Source of the DNA: Legionella genomosp. 1
GTDB taxonomy: Bacteria; Pseudomonadota; Gammaproteobacteria; Legionellales; Legionellaceae
DNA length: 46,086 nt
NCBI GenBank assembly: GCA_945865355.1
Contig: CAMBDN010000001.1
Coordinates: forward strand, 1 to 46,086
Direction: 5' to 3'
The notes beneath the pieces were generated by a model. The model did no database searches. It was given only the letters and a program-made list of their open reading frames with translations, and was not told where the DNA came from. Of this stretch, positions 36,736 through 45,985 are shown piece by piece. How positions within the stretch are numbered: position 1 is the stretch's first letter; each line of letters starts with the position of its first letter. The translations under genes and the position numbers were made by a program.

Positions 36736-37647
36736 ATGAAAAAATTACCTAGCATTAAGCAACTTCAATATTTATTAGCACTACATCACCATCAACACTT
36801 TGGACAAGCCGCTGAAGCTTGTTTTATCAGCCAATCGACATTAAGTGCTTCTATCCTTAATTTAGAAGAGGTCTTAGGGGTGCAATTATTGGAACGAGAC
36901 CATAAGACGTTCATTTTCACCCCATTGGGTGAGGAGGTTGTTCGCCAGAGTCAATTGCTGGTTTTGCGCTTTGATGAACTGACTGATTACGCTCAACATC
37001 AAGGTAAACCAATCTCAGGAACATTACGTTTGGGTTGCATTCCAACCATAGCACCGTTCATCTTAAGTGAGCTTGTTAGCCTAACTGAAGAGCATTATCC
37101 AGAATTGCGGTTATTACTGCGCGAAGACACCACCGATAATTTATTGCAGGCTCTCGCTACAGGGCAGATTGACTTGTTATTGCTAGCTCTACCCTATCCA
37201 ACCGATGCATTTCATACCAAAGTCTTGGCTTTTGATGCGTTTAAATTAGTACTGCATAAAAATTGGTTGCATCAGGCGTTTGATAAAGATATAGCAACCT
37301 GGCCTGATGAGAGTATTTTTTTATTAGAACGCGAACATTGCCTGACCAAACATGCCTTGCAGGCTTGTGAACTACAAGAAAGTAGAAAAATAAATCCGTT
37401 TTACGCCACTAGTTTGCATACCTTAACCCAGATGGTAAATAGTCAATTGGGGGTCACTTTTTTGCCTCAAATGGCGATAAATAGTGGCATATTAACTGGA
37501 ACTGATCTGGTATGCCAAAGCCCCTCAGCTAAAAATGCCCACCGAGACATTGGCGTTGCCTGGCGCCCCACATCCAACAAACAACAAAGTTATCAACTAT
37601 TATCTAAGCTGATTGCACAAGTTTTAACGGTAAAATGTCAGGAATAA
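36736..37647 (+). CDS. oxyR: LysR-family hydrogen-peroxide sensor OxyR
   Basis: From the ATG at 36736. N-terminal HTH: LQYLLALHHHQHFGQAAEACFISQSTLS. The redox pair in EREHCLTKHALQAC has the same spacing as E. coli C199/C208. Divergent from ahpC. Confidence 0.85.
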   Translation: MKKLPSIKQLQYLLALHHHQHFGQAAEACFISQSTLSASILNLEEVLGVQLLERDHKTFIFTPLGEEVVRQSQLLVLRFDELTDYAQHQGKPISGTLRLGCIPTIAPFILSELVSLTEEHYPELRLLLREDTTDNLLQALATGQIDLLLLALPYPTDAFHTKVLAFDAFKLVLHKNWLHQAFDKDIATWPDESIFLLEREHCLTKHALQACELQESRKINPFYATSLHTLTQMVNSQLGVTFLPQMAINSGILTGTDLVCQSPSAKNAHRDIGVAWRPTSNKQQSYQLLSKLIAQVLTVKCQE

Positions 37648-37734
37648 AGAGGAGATTACACAGAACCTTTACTATGCTATATATAATACATATTTGTCAA
37701 TTATTGTACATTAAAGGGGATGGACGTGGGTGAT

Positions 37735-38298
37735 ATGACAACCAACAAGCACTTGCTATTTCTTCGTGTAGCGGGCTTTACTTTGGTTGAGCTTTTGGTG
37801 TCTGTCACAGTCATGGCAATACTCTTGGCGGTTACTGTTCCCTCGTTTAAAGCGACAGTGATGAATAGTCGTATCGCTGCGCAAACGGACGCCTTTGCCA
37901 ATGCTCTTAATTACGCCCGTAATACTGCAGTCAGTCAGAATGTCAACGTCATGACATGTCCTGCTGGTGCCGCAGGATCGACCGTTTGTGGGGCAAATTG
38001 GCAAAGTGGTTGGATAATAGTTAGACAACCCGCTGGGGGCGGTAATGTATTACTTCAATCGTTCTTTACAGCTCCTAACGATCCGGTATTGTCTAACGTA
38101 GCGATAGCTGGCGTTGCGGCGAACAGCGTGACATTTGATTCACGTGGCATCGCAACCACCCAAGCTAATTTCAAAACTTGTGATAATAGAGGTGCTACTT
38201 TTGCTCGATCAGTAGAAGTACTACCTACGGGATTTATACAAACAAGCACTACAATGGGAGTGGCGGTCTGGGACGGTGGTGCACTTACGTGCCCATAG
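37735..38298 (+). CDS. fimU: GspH/FimT-FimU family type IV minor pilin (first gene of the minor-pilin operon)
   Basis: Prepilin signal ...RVAG|FTLVELLVSV. GspH-like body with a Cys pair. An alternative ATG lies at 37720. It lacks a C-terminal GRxR motif, hence FimU rather than FimT. Confidence 0.75.
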   Translation: MTTNKHLLFLRVAGFTLVELLVSVTVMAILLAVTVPSFKATVMNSRIAAQTDAFANALNYARNTAVSQNVNVMTCPAGAAGSTVCGANWQSGWIIVRQPAGGGNVLLQSFFTAPNDPVLSNVAIAGVAANSVTFDSRGIATTQANFKTCDNRGATFARSVEVLPTGFIQTSTTMGVAVWDGGALTCP

Positions 38299-38309
38299 GA
38301 GGCTCTGCG

Positions 38310-38822
38310 ATGAATATGTTGAAGAGAAAATACCAACAAGGTTTTTCTCTGCTTGAGGTCTTGGTAGCATTGGTGATCTTAGCGATAGGCATGCTAGGAA
38401 TCGCACGAATGTTGCTACTGACCCACAAAGCAAATAGTTCTAGCTATATTAGACAACAGGCCTCACAGTCTGCTTATGATATTCTTGACCGCATCTATGC
38501 AAATAGGCAAGCAGCCATCAACGGCAACTACACAGTAAGCAATTTGGTTCTAGCAGGAGCACCAACACCTCCAGGTGCTCCTACAACAAATTGTGACACC
38601 ACTGTTTGCAGCTCAAACCAAATGGCATCCTATGATACTTGGTATTGGCTGGCAACAGACGTAGCTCAGTTACCCAATGGGTGTGGCTCTATCGCTGTAG
38701 CCGTTGCCGGGGTAAACACCACCGTTACCGTGACTGTGCAATGGGATGACAGCCCAGCGCAAAAAGCTTTAGGGATCACTAACCCTGCACCGACTCAACT
38801 TATCATCCAGAGCCAATTATGA
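38310..38822 (+). CDS. pilV: Type IV minor pilin PilV
   Basis: AGGAGG SD 7 nt upstream. Leader MNMLKRKYQQG|FSLLEVLVALVIL. PilV-like N-terminal block GMLGIARM. Confidence 0.85.
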   Translation: MNMLKRKYQQGFSLLEVLVALVILAIGMLGIARMLLLTHKANSSSYIRQQASQSAYDILDRIYANRQAAINGNYTVSNLVLAGAPTPPGAPTTNCDTTVCSSNQMASYDTWYWLATDVAQLPNGCGSIAVAVAGVNTTVTVTVQWDDSPAQKALGITNPAPTQLIIQSQL

Positions 38823-39871
38823 AAACTACAAACGGTTTCTCATTGGTTGAAATAATGATAGGGCTGACGCTCGGTGTTATCTTGTCGACCGCCGTCATTG
38901 CCGTTTATATCGCGCAGAAAAACACCTACAGGACCAATGTATCTCAAGCGATTATCCAAAATGCTGAAAGTGCTATTGCAGGACTTGTTACACCAACGAT
39001 TCGTGCCGCAGGCTTTTGTGGCTGCACGACGGTACTGCAATCACTTTCCAATCTTAATGCGGGAGGGCCCCCTCCACTCGGTACACTGGGAACAACGCCT
39101 AGTATGGTTATGGGTTACAATAGCATAGCCAACCCCATTACCATCACACAGGAGAATGCCCCCAACAGCAACACCGCGAATAATTGGTCACCAACTCTCG
39201 ACGCCTCACTCACTGGAAACGTTGAAGCAACCAGTGATGTTCTCGTCTTACTTGGAGCCGTTCCTGGTAGCCTGCCCATTGGTATAACAGCAACGACCAA
39301 TGGTACAAACTCAGTCGTGGTACAAAGTTCCACAGGGGTAACCGCCGGCCAGTTTGGTGGAGTGTCTGATTGTTTAAAAGCCTCGGTGTTTGCCATTACT
39401 GCCGTCGCAGGCACCACCATTTCTCATGCCGCCTCCGCTGGTGCGTTGGCTAATGCTAACAGCGCATTTCTGGTCAATTACCCGATAGGTGCGCAATTTA
39501 TCCCGTTAACACAAACTGCTTTTTTTGTAGCACAAGATCCAGGTGGGCAAAGCTCATTAGTGCGTGCCACATTGAATGCAGGAGGAACATGGACAATACA
39601 ATCGCTAGTCCCCGGGGTTCAAACCATGAAGGTACTGTATGGTATTGGTACGACGGGCACCCCAACACAATATGTTTCAGCGAATAATGTCGTTAATTGG
39701 GGACAAATCGTTTCAATTCGTCTAGGTTTTCTGATCGAAGGCCAACAGGGATCCGGCACACTATCCCCAACGACATACTCGGTGTTAGGAACAACGGTCA
39801 ATGTGCCAGCTGACAATCGAGTACGACATGTGTATCTAATGACGATTAACTTAAGGAATTCGGTATTATGA
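38819..39871 (+). CDS. pilW: Type IV minor pilin PilW
   Basis: MKTTNG|FSLVEIMIGLTLG. ATGA overlap with pilV. Size and position are typical of PilW. Confidence 0.85.
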   Translation: MKTTNGFSLVEIMIGLTLGVILSTAVIAVYIAQKNTYRTNVSQAIIQNAESAIAGLVTPTIRAAGFCGCTTVLQSLSNLNAGGPPPLGTLGTTPSMVMGYNSIANPITITQENAPNSNTANNWSPTLDASLTGNVEATSDVLVLLGAVPGSLPIGITATTNGTNSVVVQSSTGVTAGQFGGVSDCLKASVFAITAVAGTTISHAASAGALANANSAFLVNYPIGAQFIPLTQTAFFVAQDPGGQSSLVRATLNAGGTWTIQSLVPGVQTMKVLYGIGTTGTPTQYVSANNVVNWGQIVSIRLGFLIEGQQGSGTLSPTTYSVLGTTVNVPADNRVRHVYLMTINLRNSVL

Positions 39872-40371
39872 ACACCACATTCAAAGGACATCCAGAGACT
39901 GGATCTGTCTTGATCATTACGATATTGGTCTTGATCGTACTCACCATTGTAGCAGTAGCTCAGGTTTCATTTAACAGCACACAAACACGTATCGCTACCA
40001 ATACCACTGATGCACAAATTGCATTTCAAACGGCTCAAGGGGCACTGAATGACGCAACAAACAATCTATTTGCCAACACCTATTCAACTTCTGGCTTTTT
40101 AGCCAATGCCAATGGTCTCTATTTATTTAACCCAAATGCGGCCCCATTATGGACAACAGTCGATTGGACCAACGCGGGAGCCGTGATCACCAGCTTTCAA
40201 GGCAGTTCTAATGCACAAGCCGCATTTATTATTGAACAGTTGCCTTCGGTCATCGCAGGTGGACAGAATTTAGATTTACCAACCCAAGTATATCGTATTA
40301 CCGTTCGCGCCGTTGGTGCGAGTGGTGGATCGCCCGTTATATTACAGAGCACCGTAAAAATACAGTTATAA
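39868..40371 (+). CDS. pilX: Type IV pilus assembly protein PilX
   Basis: PilX N-terminal pattern ETGSVLIITILVLIVLTIVA. ATGA overlap with pilW. Confidence 0.8.
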   Translation: MNTTFKGHPETGSVLIITILVLIVLTIVAVAQVSFNSTQTRIATNTTDAQIAFQTAQGALNDATNNLFANTYSTSGFLANANGLYLFNPNAAPLWTTVDWTNAGAVITSFQGSSNAQAAFIIEQLPSVIAGGQNLDLPTQVYRITVRAVGASGGSPVILQSTVKIQL

Positions 40372-40381
40372 GAGGAATGCT

Positions 40382-43300
40382 ATGATGAAGACGATAGATG
40401 TTAATACAAATCACAAAGGGATGAATCATCTGGCAAAAGATAGGCAAGGTATTAGCGCTACATTCCGCGCGGCTATGCTTGTTGCATCGCTATCAGGTTT
40501 GATCCCATCCCTTACTAACGCAACCGCGTCGTTAAACGTCTCGCAATTCCCCCTTGAACTGGCAGACCCCACTCATCCACAAGTCCTCATTTTAATTGGT
40601 AATTCGCAATCGATGGATGGCACCCTGAGTGGTGCTATCATGGTGGGCTCCGGCTCCCTAGGCAGTAACTTTAGTACATTGAACAGTTCAAGCTCACCGT
40701 TAAATTATTCAGTACCTACCGGGTTCACTCCACCTGTTCAAGCCGCTGACGGTAGCGGCAATGCACCCTACACTGTAACACAGAATGGGAACTTGGTTGA
40801 TAATGGCCCCAGTCGGCTCAATGTAGCTAAAGCCGGGGTATTAGCCATCCTCAATGCTTATATGCAAAATACTGATTTTGCGCTAGCAACCTATAATACC
40901 AGCGGTACCAGCAAGTACACCACGTGGGTATACTATATGTCGCCACCATCAAGCGGATTTATCTTTACCAATAATCAGATAAGCGGTAATCGGTATGTAA
41001 CAAACCCATGCTATCAATACACCACCGCATCAACGACTGTGCAAAGCAATTGCACCTCTATGGCTGCTTTCTATGGTGCTTTAACACTGTCCGCCAACCA
41101 ATATATACAAATTGGTTCATCCAGTGATGATCCTAGCATCAATGACGTTCTCTACGCAGGGAGTCAGCCCGGAGTTTTTGTAACTTACTCTAGTCCTACA
41201 GTTGGCCCGAGTCCTGCCACCCCATATCCGCCCAATTTCTCCCTAGCCAATTACAATAGCTATGGTGTTTTGCTTTCCTATAACCGTACAAGCCCCAGCA
41301 TTGGTCGGTTTGCAACAGGTCCTACGAATGCAGGATTTGTGCCTTATTCACGCGAAGTATTATATGGAAAAAGGGGCTTCGGTTATGGAGGTAGCCAAGC
41401 CGCAGCAACGGGTCTTACGAAAGTAACCTTGAAATCAGCAGGTCCTACTATAACAGCGGCTAGTGTAACCGCCGCTATCAACAATTTTGTCCCCTTTCTC
41501 AACCCAGAAACCAACAATACCGGAACCACTGAAATTAAAGCAGTTGCAGGTCAATCACCCATGGCAGGTCTGTTAAGTACCGCAAAAAATTATTTGGCTT
41601 CGATTCCTATAACAACCCCTAGTTGCGTACCCAAACAATATGTCATATTGATTTCTGACGGATTGCCTACTGAAGATCTAGCAGGCAAAGCTTGGCCACC
41701 ATTAGGTAGTGCAGCAGCAACCGGTTATGGAGTTACCGCAACCTTTAACACCGATGGTTCGCTCAATACCACGAATAATCAAGCCTTGACTGACACGATT
41801 ACCACACTAGCCAATTTGTGGGCCGCTAATGTAAAGACCTTTGTCATCGGTTTGGGCGCAGGGGTTGACCCAACCCAGAACGCTTTAGCCGCCTCTACAC
41901 TGACAGCAATGGCTGTAGCAGGGCATACCATCAATTACTACCCTGCTAGCAGCCCAACCGCATTGGTAAACAATCTTAATTCAATTTTAATTTCGTTACA
42001 GAATGAATCACTATCAGGTACTGCAGCCTCACTCAGTTCCACGCATCTACAAGCGAACATTAAAGAATTTCAGACCAGTTTTAATGGCAACGACACCCCT
42101 TATCAAGACTGGACCGGCAATGTTATCGCAAAAGCATTAAGCGCTACATCTGGCGTTCCAGTAGGTTCAACGATTTGGTCTGCACAAACATTACTTGACG
42201 CACAATCAACTCGATTAATTGCTACTTGGAATCCAGCACTTAACAGTGGCGCAGGTGGTGGAACCCCTTTTCAATGGGCTAATATCAGTGCAGCACAACA
42301 AACACAACTGCAACCAGCTGACACACTGGGTTCGAGCAGGTTATCGTATCTTCGCGGTGTCACAAGCTTAGAAAAGCGCAATGGCGGTACATTTCGTAAC
42401 CGCTCACATATCTTAGGCGATATCGTCAGCAGCAAACCGGTATATGTAGGTCCGCCAGCTAACGCTTCATTATTTTTCTCATCATCAAGCTATGTGAGCT
42501 ATGTTCTTGCTAATCCTAGCCGACCTGCGATGCTTTACTTCGGGGCAAATGACGGTATGCTACATGCTATTCTTGCTAGTACGGGAGTAGAACAATTTGC
42601 TTTTATACCCAATGGAGTATTTAGCAATCTGCATAACTTAACCGCACCACTTTATAATCAAAACCACTTGTATTTTGTTGATAGCTCACCACAATCTGGG
42701 GATGTTCAATTCTCCGATGGTAGCTGGCACACCCTGGTCGTTGGAGGAGAAGGCGGTGGCGGTAAAACTATTTATAGTCTAGATGTTACCAATCCGGCTA
42801 GCCTCACCACCGAAAATCTGCTTGCCAACGCCGTTCTATGGGAATTTAGCGATGCAGACATGGGCTTAAGTTATAGTCAACCGAAAATCGCACAGATCAG
42901 TACCAGTAGTAGTACAACATTAAAATTTGCCGTTTTTTTTGGCAATGGTTACAACAGCACCACCAATAAAACAATATTGTATGCCGTTGACCCACAAACG
43001 GGAGAAATGATATCAAAAATAGACCTTTGTGCAGCTGTTGCCGGTACCTGCGACGCAGCAAATCCCAACGGTCTATCTACAGTGGCTGTTGGTCAAGATG
43101 ACGGCCTACAAGGTCAGCCTATTACTCAAATTTATGCGGGGGACTTACAGGGTAATTTATGGGCCGTGGATGTCGGCAATACCAGCCCTGCTTCATGGCA
43201 TGCAAGGCTATTATTTCAAGCGCGTGATTCCAGCGGCACCGCACAACCAATCACCATGCCACCAGTAATCACTCTTAACCCCAGTTACCCAAGATACCAA

Positions 43301-43927
43301 GGCCTCTTTGTGATGTTTGGCACAGGCCAATTCTTAACTTCAAGCGATCTGACCAACACCCAAACCCAATCCATTTATGGTGTCTGGGACAAACCAGCAT
43401 TGTCAACCGTCATTCATCGTGCCAATTTACAAGCCCAAACGCTGACATTGGTTGCGGCAGCAACTTCAGGTTTACCTCAAGATGTTTTGACTAACACTTC
43501 TTTGGCCGTCAATTGGGGCACCAACTATGGGTGGTATGACGACTTACCGACCCCAGGGCAACGAGTAATAACCACACCGCTATTGATCAATGGCTCGTTC
43601 ATAACAACATTGAATACTCCAGCAGCCAATGCGTGCGGAGTCGCCTCATCGATGCTTATCGATATAAATTATCAGACTGGTGGCGCATTTCCAACGTCGC
43701 AACTTGACATCAACGCGAGCGGAACCATTAACTCCAGTGACGTGTACGCTGGAAAAAATCCTGTAGGCATAGGATTGTTGTCAGGTTATGCTAGTGCTCC
43801 TGTCAATGTTGGCGCCAACAGTAATAACAACATGACCCAATTGATTACCATGTCAACGGGACAGCAGATCTCTATTATTAACCCCAACAATAACTCAAGA
43901 CAAACAGCCTGGTGGCAACTGCAATAA
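40382..43927 (+). CDS. pilY1: PilY1 type IV pilus tip-associated adhesin (vWA-like N-domain plus C-terminal beta-propeller)
   Basis: 1181 aa. The vWA-like strands are VLILIGNSQSMDG and YVILISDGLPTED. C-terminal PilY1 blocks are SKPVYVGPP, MLYFGANDGMLHA, and YAGDLQGNLWAVDV. Confidence 0.9.
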   Translation: MMKTIDVNTNHKGMNHLAKDRQGISATFRAAMLVASLSGLIPSLTNATASLNVSQFPLELADPTHPQVLILIGNSQSMDGTLSGAIMVGSGSLGSNFSTLNSSSSPLNYSVPTGFTPPVQAADGSGNAPYTVTQNGNLVDNGPSRLNVAKAGVLAILNAYMQNTDFALATYNTSGTSKYTTWVYYMSPPSSGFIFTNNQISGNRYVTNPCYQYTTASTTVQSNCTSMAAFYGALTLSANQYIQIGSSSDDPSINDVLYAGSQPGVFVTYSSPTVGPSPATPYPPNFSLANYNSYGVLLSYNRTSPSIGRFATGPTNAGFVPYSREVLYGKRGFGYGGSQAAATGLTKVTLKSAGPTITAASVTAAINNFVPFLNPETNNTGTTEIKAVAGQSPMAGLLSTAKNYLASIPITTPSCVPKQYVILISDGLPTEDLAGKAWPPLGSAAATGYGVTATFNTDGSLNTTNNQALTDTITTLANLWAANVKTFVIGLGAGVDPTQNALAASTLTAMAVAGHTINYYPASSPTALVNNLNSILISLQNESLSGTAASLSSTHLQANIKEFQTSFNGNDTPYQDWTGNVIAKALSATSGVPVGSTIWSAQTLLDAQSTRLIATWNPALNSGAGGGTPFQWANISAAQQTQLQPADTLGSSRLSYLRGVTSLEKRNGGTFRNRSHILGDIVSSKPVYVGPPANASLFFSSSSYVSYVLANPSRPAMLYFGANDGMLHAILASTGVEQFAFIPNGVFSNLHNLTAPLYNQNHLYFVDSSPQSGDVQFSDGSWHTLVVGGEGGGGKTIYSLDVTNPASLTTENLLANAVLWEFSDADMGLSYSQPKIAQISTSSSTTLKFAVFFGNGYNSTTNKTILYAVDPQTGEMISKIDLCAAVAGTCDAANPNGLSTVAVGQDDGLQGQPITQIYAGDLQGNLWAVDVGNTSPASWHARLLFQARDSSGTAQPITMPPVITLNPSYPRYQGLFVMFGTGQFLTSSDLTNTQTQSIYGVWDKPALSTVIHRANLQAQTLTLVAAATSGLPQDVLTNTSLAVNWGTNYGWYDDLPTPGQRVITTPLLINGSFITTLNTPAANACGVASSMLIDINYQTGGAFPTSQLDINASGTINSSDVYAGKNPVGIGLLSGYASAPVNVGANSNNNMTQLITMSTGQQISIINPNNNSRQTAWWQLQ

Positions 43928-43940
43928 GGAGTGGTTAACG

Positions 43941-44363
43941 ATGGATAACTCGACATATAAATGCCAACAACAAACGATGAGAGGCTTTACTCTCATCGAG
44001 CTGCTCATTGTCGTCACGATTGTGGCGGTGCTTGCGAGCATTGCCTATCCGTCTTACCGCACATGGATACTCAAGTCACATCGTTCCGATGCACTAGCAA
44101 CATTAACTGCAGATCAGACCATTATAGAGCGCTGTTATGCACAAACATTTTCTTATCAAGCGGCTTGTGCCGCACTTCCAGCTTTTCCACAAACAACACC
44201 ACAAGGATACTATACTATCACCTTGACCAATCTAGCACCGACAACCTACACATTCACCGCTACCCCCGTGGGTACACAAGCACTAGATACCACCTGTGCT
44301 ACCTTTAGCATTGATCAAACGAATAATAAGACGGCAACGAACACGTCCTGTTGGCAACCATGA
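43941..44363 (+). CDS. pilE: Type IV pilin-like protein PilE
   Basis: AAGGAG SD 9 nt upstream. ...MRG|FTLIELLIVVTIVAVLASIAYPSY is a class III signal, with a C-terminal Cys pair. Confidence 0.85.
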   Translation: MDNSTYKCQQQTMRGFTLIELLIVVTIVAVLASIAYPSYRTWILKSHRSDALATLTADQTIIERCYAQTFSYQAACAALPAFPQTTPQGYYTITLTNLAPTTYTFTATPVGTQALDTTCATFSIDQTNNKTATNTSCWQP

Positions 44364-44371
44364 TCTCATGC

Positions 44372-45772
44372 CTACAATTGACTCCTGGCAACTGAAAAGT
44401 CCTCATGCAACAATTGTAGCGCTGAATTCAATCTTTCCTCTCTGGTCGTTAAAGCATTAGAAAAGAAATAACTTCCAGTTAACTGTTTTTTAGCGAGCAA
44501 CAAAAGACCACCGGATACAATACCTAAAGGCACAAAAACACAATCAGCAAGAATCCTAAGGATTTTATTTTGGTGTTTAAAATGAACATGAGCCAGCGTC
44601 GTCAACTCATTGCCAAGCGTATTTTTAAAAAGTGAATCATCACTCATATCGTTTGCTAACTTTCCGCCGATACGCATTGCTTCATCACAAAAAACGTTAA
44701 TTGATTGCTGAATATGTTGTTTAGTATATTGAGACGTTGAGGATTTAAACGCCAGTAACACACGCTGAAGAAGGGCCTTTCGTGCTTCTGTTCTCTCGGT
44801 AATTTCACTAACATAGTTGGTTAGATCAGCATCATGCTTGACCCTTTCAAAAACCTTTTCACCCCACTCAGCACTTACTAATACGGTACTCATCTTTGAT
44901 GTAATTCTATTTTTTACGTCCTGTTCCTTAGCAAAAGCAGTCGCATTTTCTCTTGAGAAAATATTAATTTGCATACCTTGTGAGATAAAATATTCTTGTA
45001 ACAAATATAGAACATCGTATCCCCAAGAATGCAAACAAGCATCATCTGGAGATCTGATTAAATCACCAACCATTACATTTCTATGAGGGAATTGATGGTA
45101 ATTACCGTTTCTCACAAAATGTTGATACATCTGGTACTCTGGTAGATATCCACCCTGAACCGGCACCAAACGATCACTTGGCTCCCATTTGGTTGGAAAC
45201 GTGATATAAGGAAAACCCTGTAACGCAAAAATTGTACGATTAAGAATAAACAAGGAGTTAAACTCATTCCTTTTTTCCTCATCAAATGCAGCAATTTCCG
45301 CATAGAAATCAACCATTCTTGGGTCTTGATTTGCATTAATTTCATCCCTCGCCGCATCAATGAGCCTTCCACCATCTTTTTGATCAAGCAATACTTCAAT
45401 AGCAACCGTTAATAAAGGTACAAAATCAGGGTTTTTCTTTAAAATATAGGCATTATAGCTCGCCGCTTCTCTTTCAAAATAAACAGCAATTTTCTTAAAT
45501 GCTGGAATTTTATCGGTAATATCTTCTTGTGTATAATAGCTTTTTAAACGTTGGTAATTATTCACTTTAAAGAGCGTGGCTAACTCCTCTAATAGATAGG
45601 CATATTTGGCTCTACCCTGATTTTCTGAAACCACAACAACTCTTGCCGCAATCTCCTCGTCACTTAATGAAACCAACGATAGCTCCTCAATTTGACTGAT
45701 ACTATTGCTATTATTTATTTCATCTAACGCAAATTCGTTGCCAAAAAAATCTTTATATCGATGCTTTGCCAT
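44372..45772 (-). CDS. Orphan 466-aa hypothetical protein with a C-terminal hydrophobic segment
   Basis: Clean ORF convergent on pilE with an 8-nt gap. A perfect sigma-70 promoter lies upstream. No family was recognised. A hydrophobic stretch (ILADCVFVPLGIVSGGLLLLA) sits near the C-terminus. The sequence looks AT-rich by eye. Confidence 0.8.
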   Translation of the reverse strand: MAKHRYKDFFGNEFALDEINNSNSISQIEELSLVSLSDEEIAARVVVVSENQGRAKYAYLLEELATLFKVNNYQRLKSYYTQEDITDKIPAFKKIAVYFEREAASYNAYILKKNPDFVPLLTVAIEVLLDQKDGGRLIDAARDEINANQDPRMVDFYAEIAAFDEEKRNEFNSLFILNRTIFALQGFPYITFPTKWEPSDRLVPVQGGYLPEYQMYQHFVRNGNYHQFPHRNVMVGDLIRSPDDACLHSWGYDVLYLLQEYFISQGMQINIFSRENATAFAKEQDVKNRITSKMSTVLVSAEWGEKVFERVKHDADLTNYVSEITERTEARKALLQRVLLAFKSSTSQYTKQHIQQSINVFCDEAMRIGGKLANDMSDDSLFKNTLGNELTTLAHVHFKHQNKILRILADCVFVPLGIVSGGLLLLAKKQLTGSYFFSNALTTREERLNSALQLLHEDFSVARSQL

Positions 45773-45816
45773 CTTCTAATCCTATAACTATGAATTGAAA
45801 CAATAAATTTGGTCAG

Positions 45817-45845
45817 ATTATAAACAGAAACACCTGGGTTGTCAA
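45817..45845 (-). promoter_or_regulatory. Perfect consensus sigma-70 promoter (TTGACA-17-TATAAT) for the orphan gene
   Basis: The minus strand has TTGACA (45845-45840), the 17-nt spacer acccaggtgtttctgtt, then TATAAT (45822-45817). The -10 ends 44 nt upstream of the ATG at 45772. Confidence 0.6.
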
Positions 45846-45947
45846 TATAACGGGTTTACGCAAAGTTAAACAAGGATTCTTTCTGTGGATTTGACCACAT
45901 TAAAAAGTCGTGATATGAACACAAACAAAGAGGGGATAATTTGTAAT

Positions 45948-45974
45948 AAAAAAAAGCGGCTATAGAGCCGCTTT
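45948..45974 (-). terminator. Rho-independent terminator of the rRNA operon
   Basis: The minus strand reads aaagcggct-ctat-agccgcttt (a 9-bp perfect stem) followed by a T-run. It begins 12 nt after the 5S 3' end. Confidence 0.7.
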
Positions 45975-45985
45975 AGGGTAATAAA

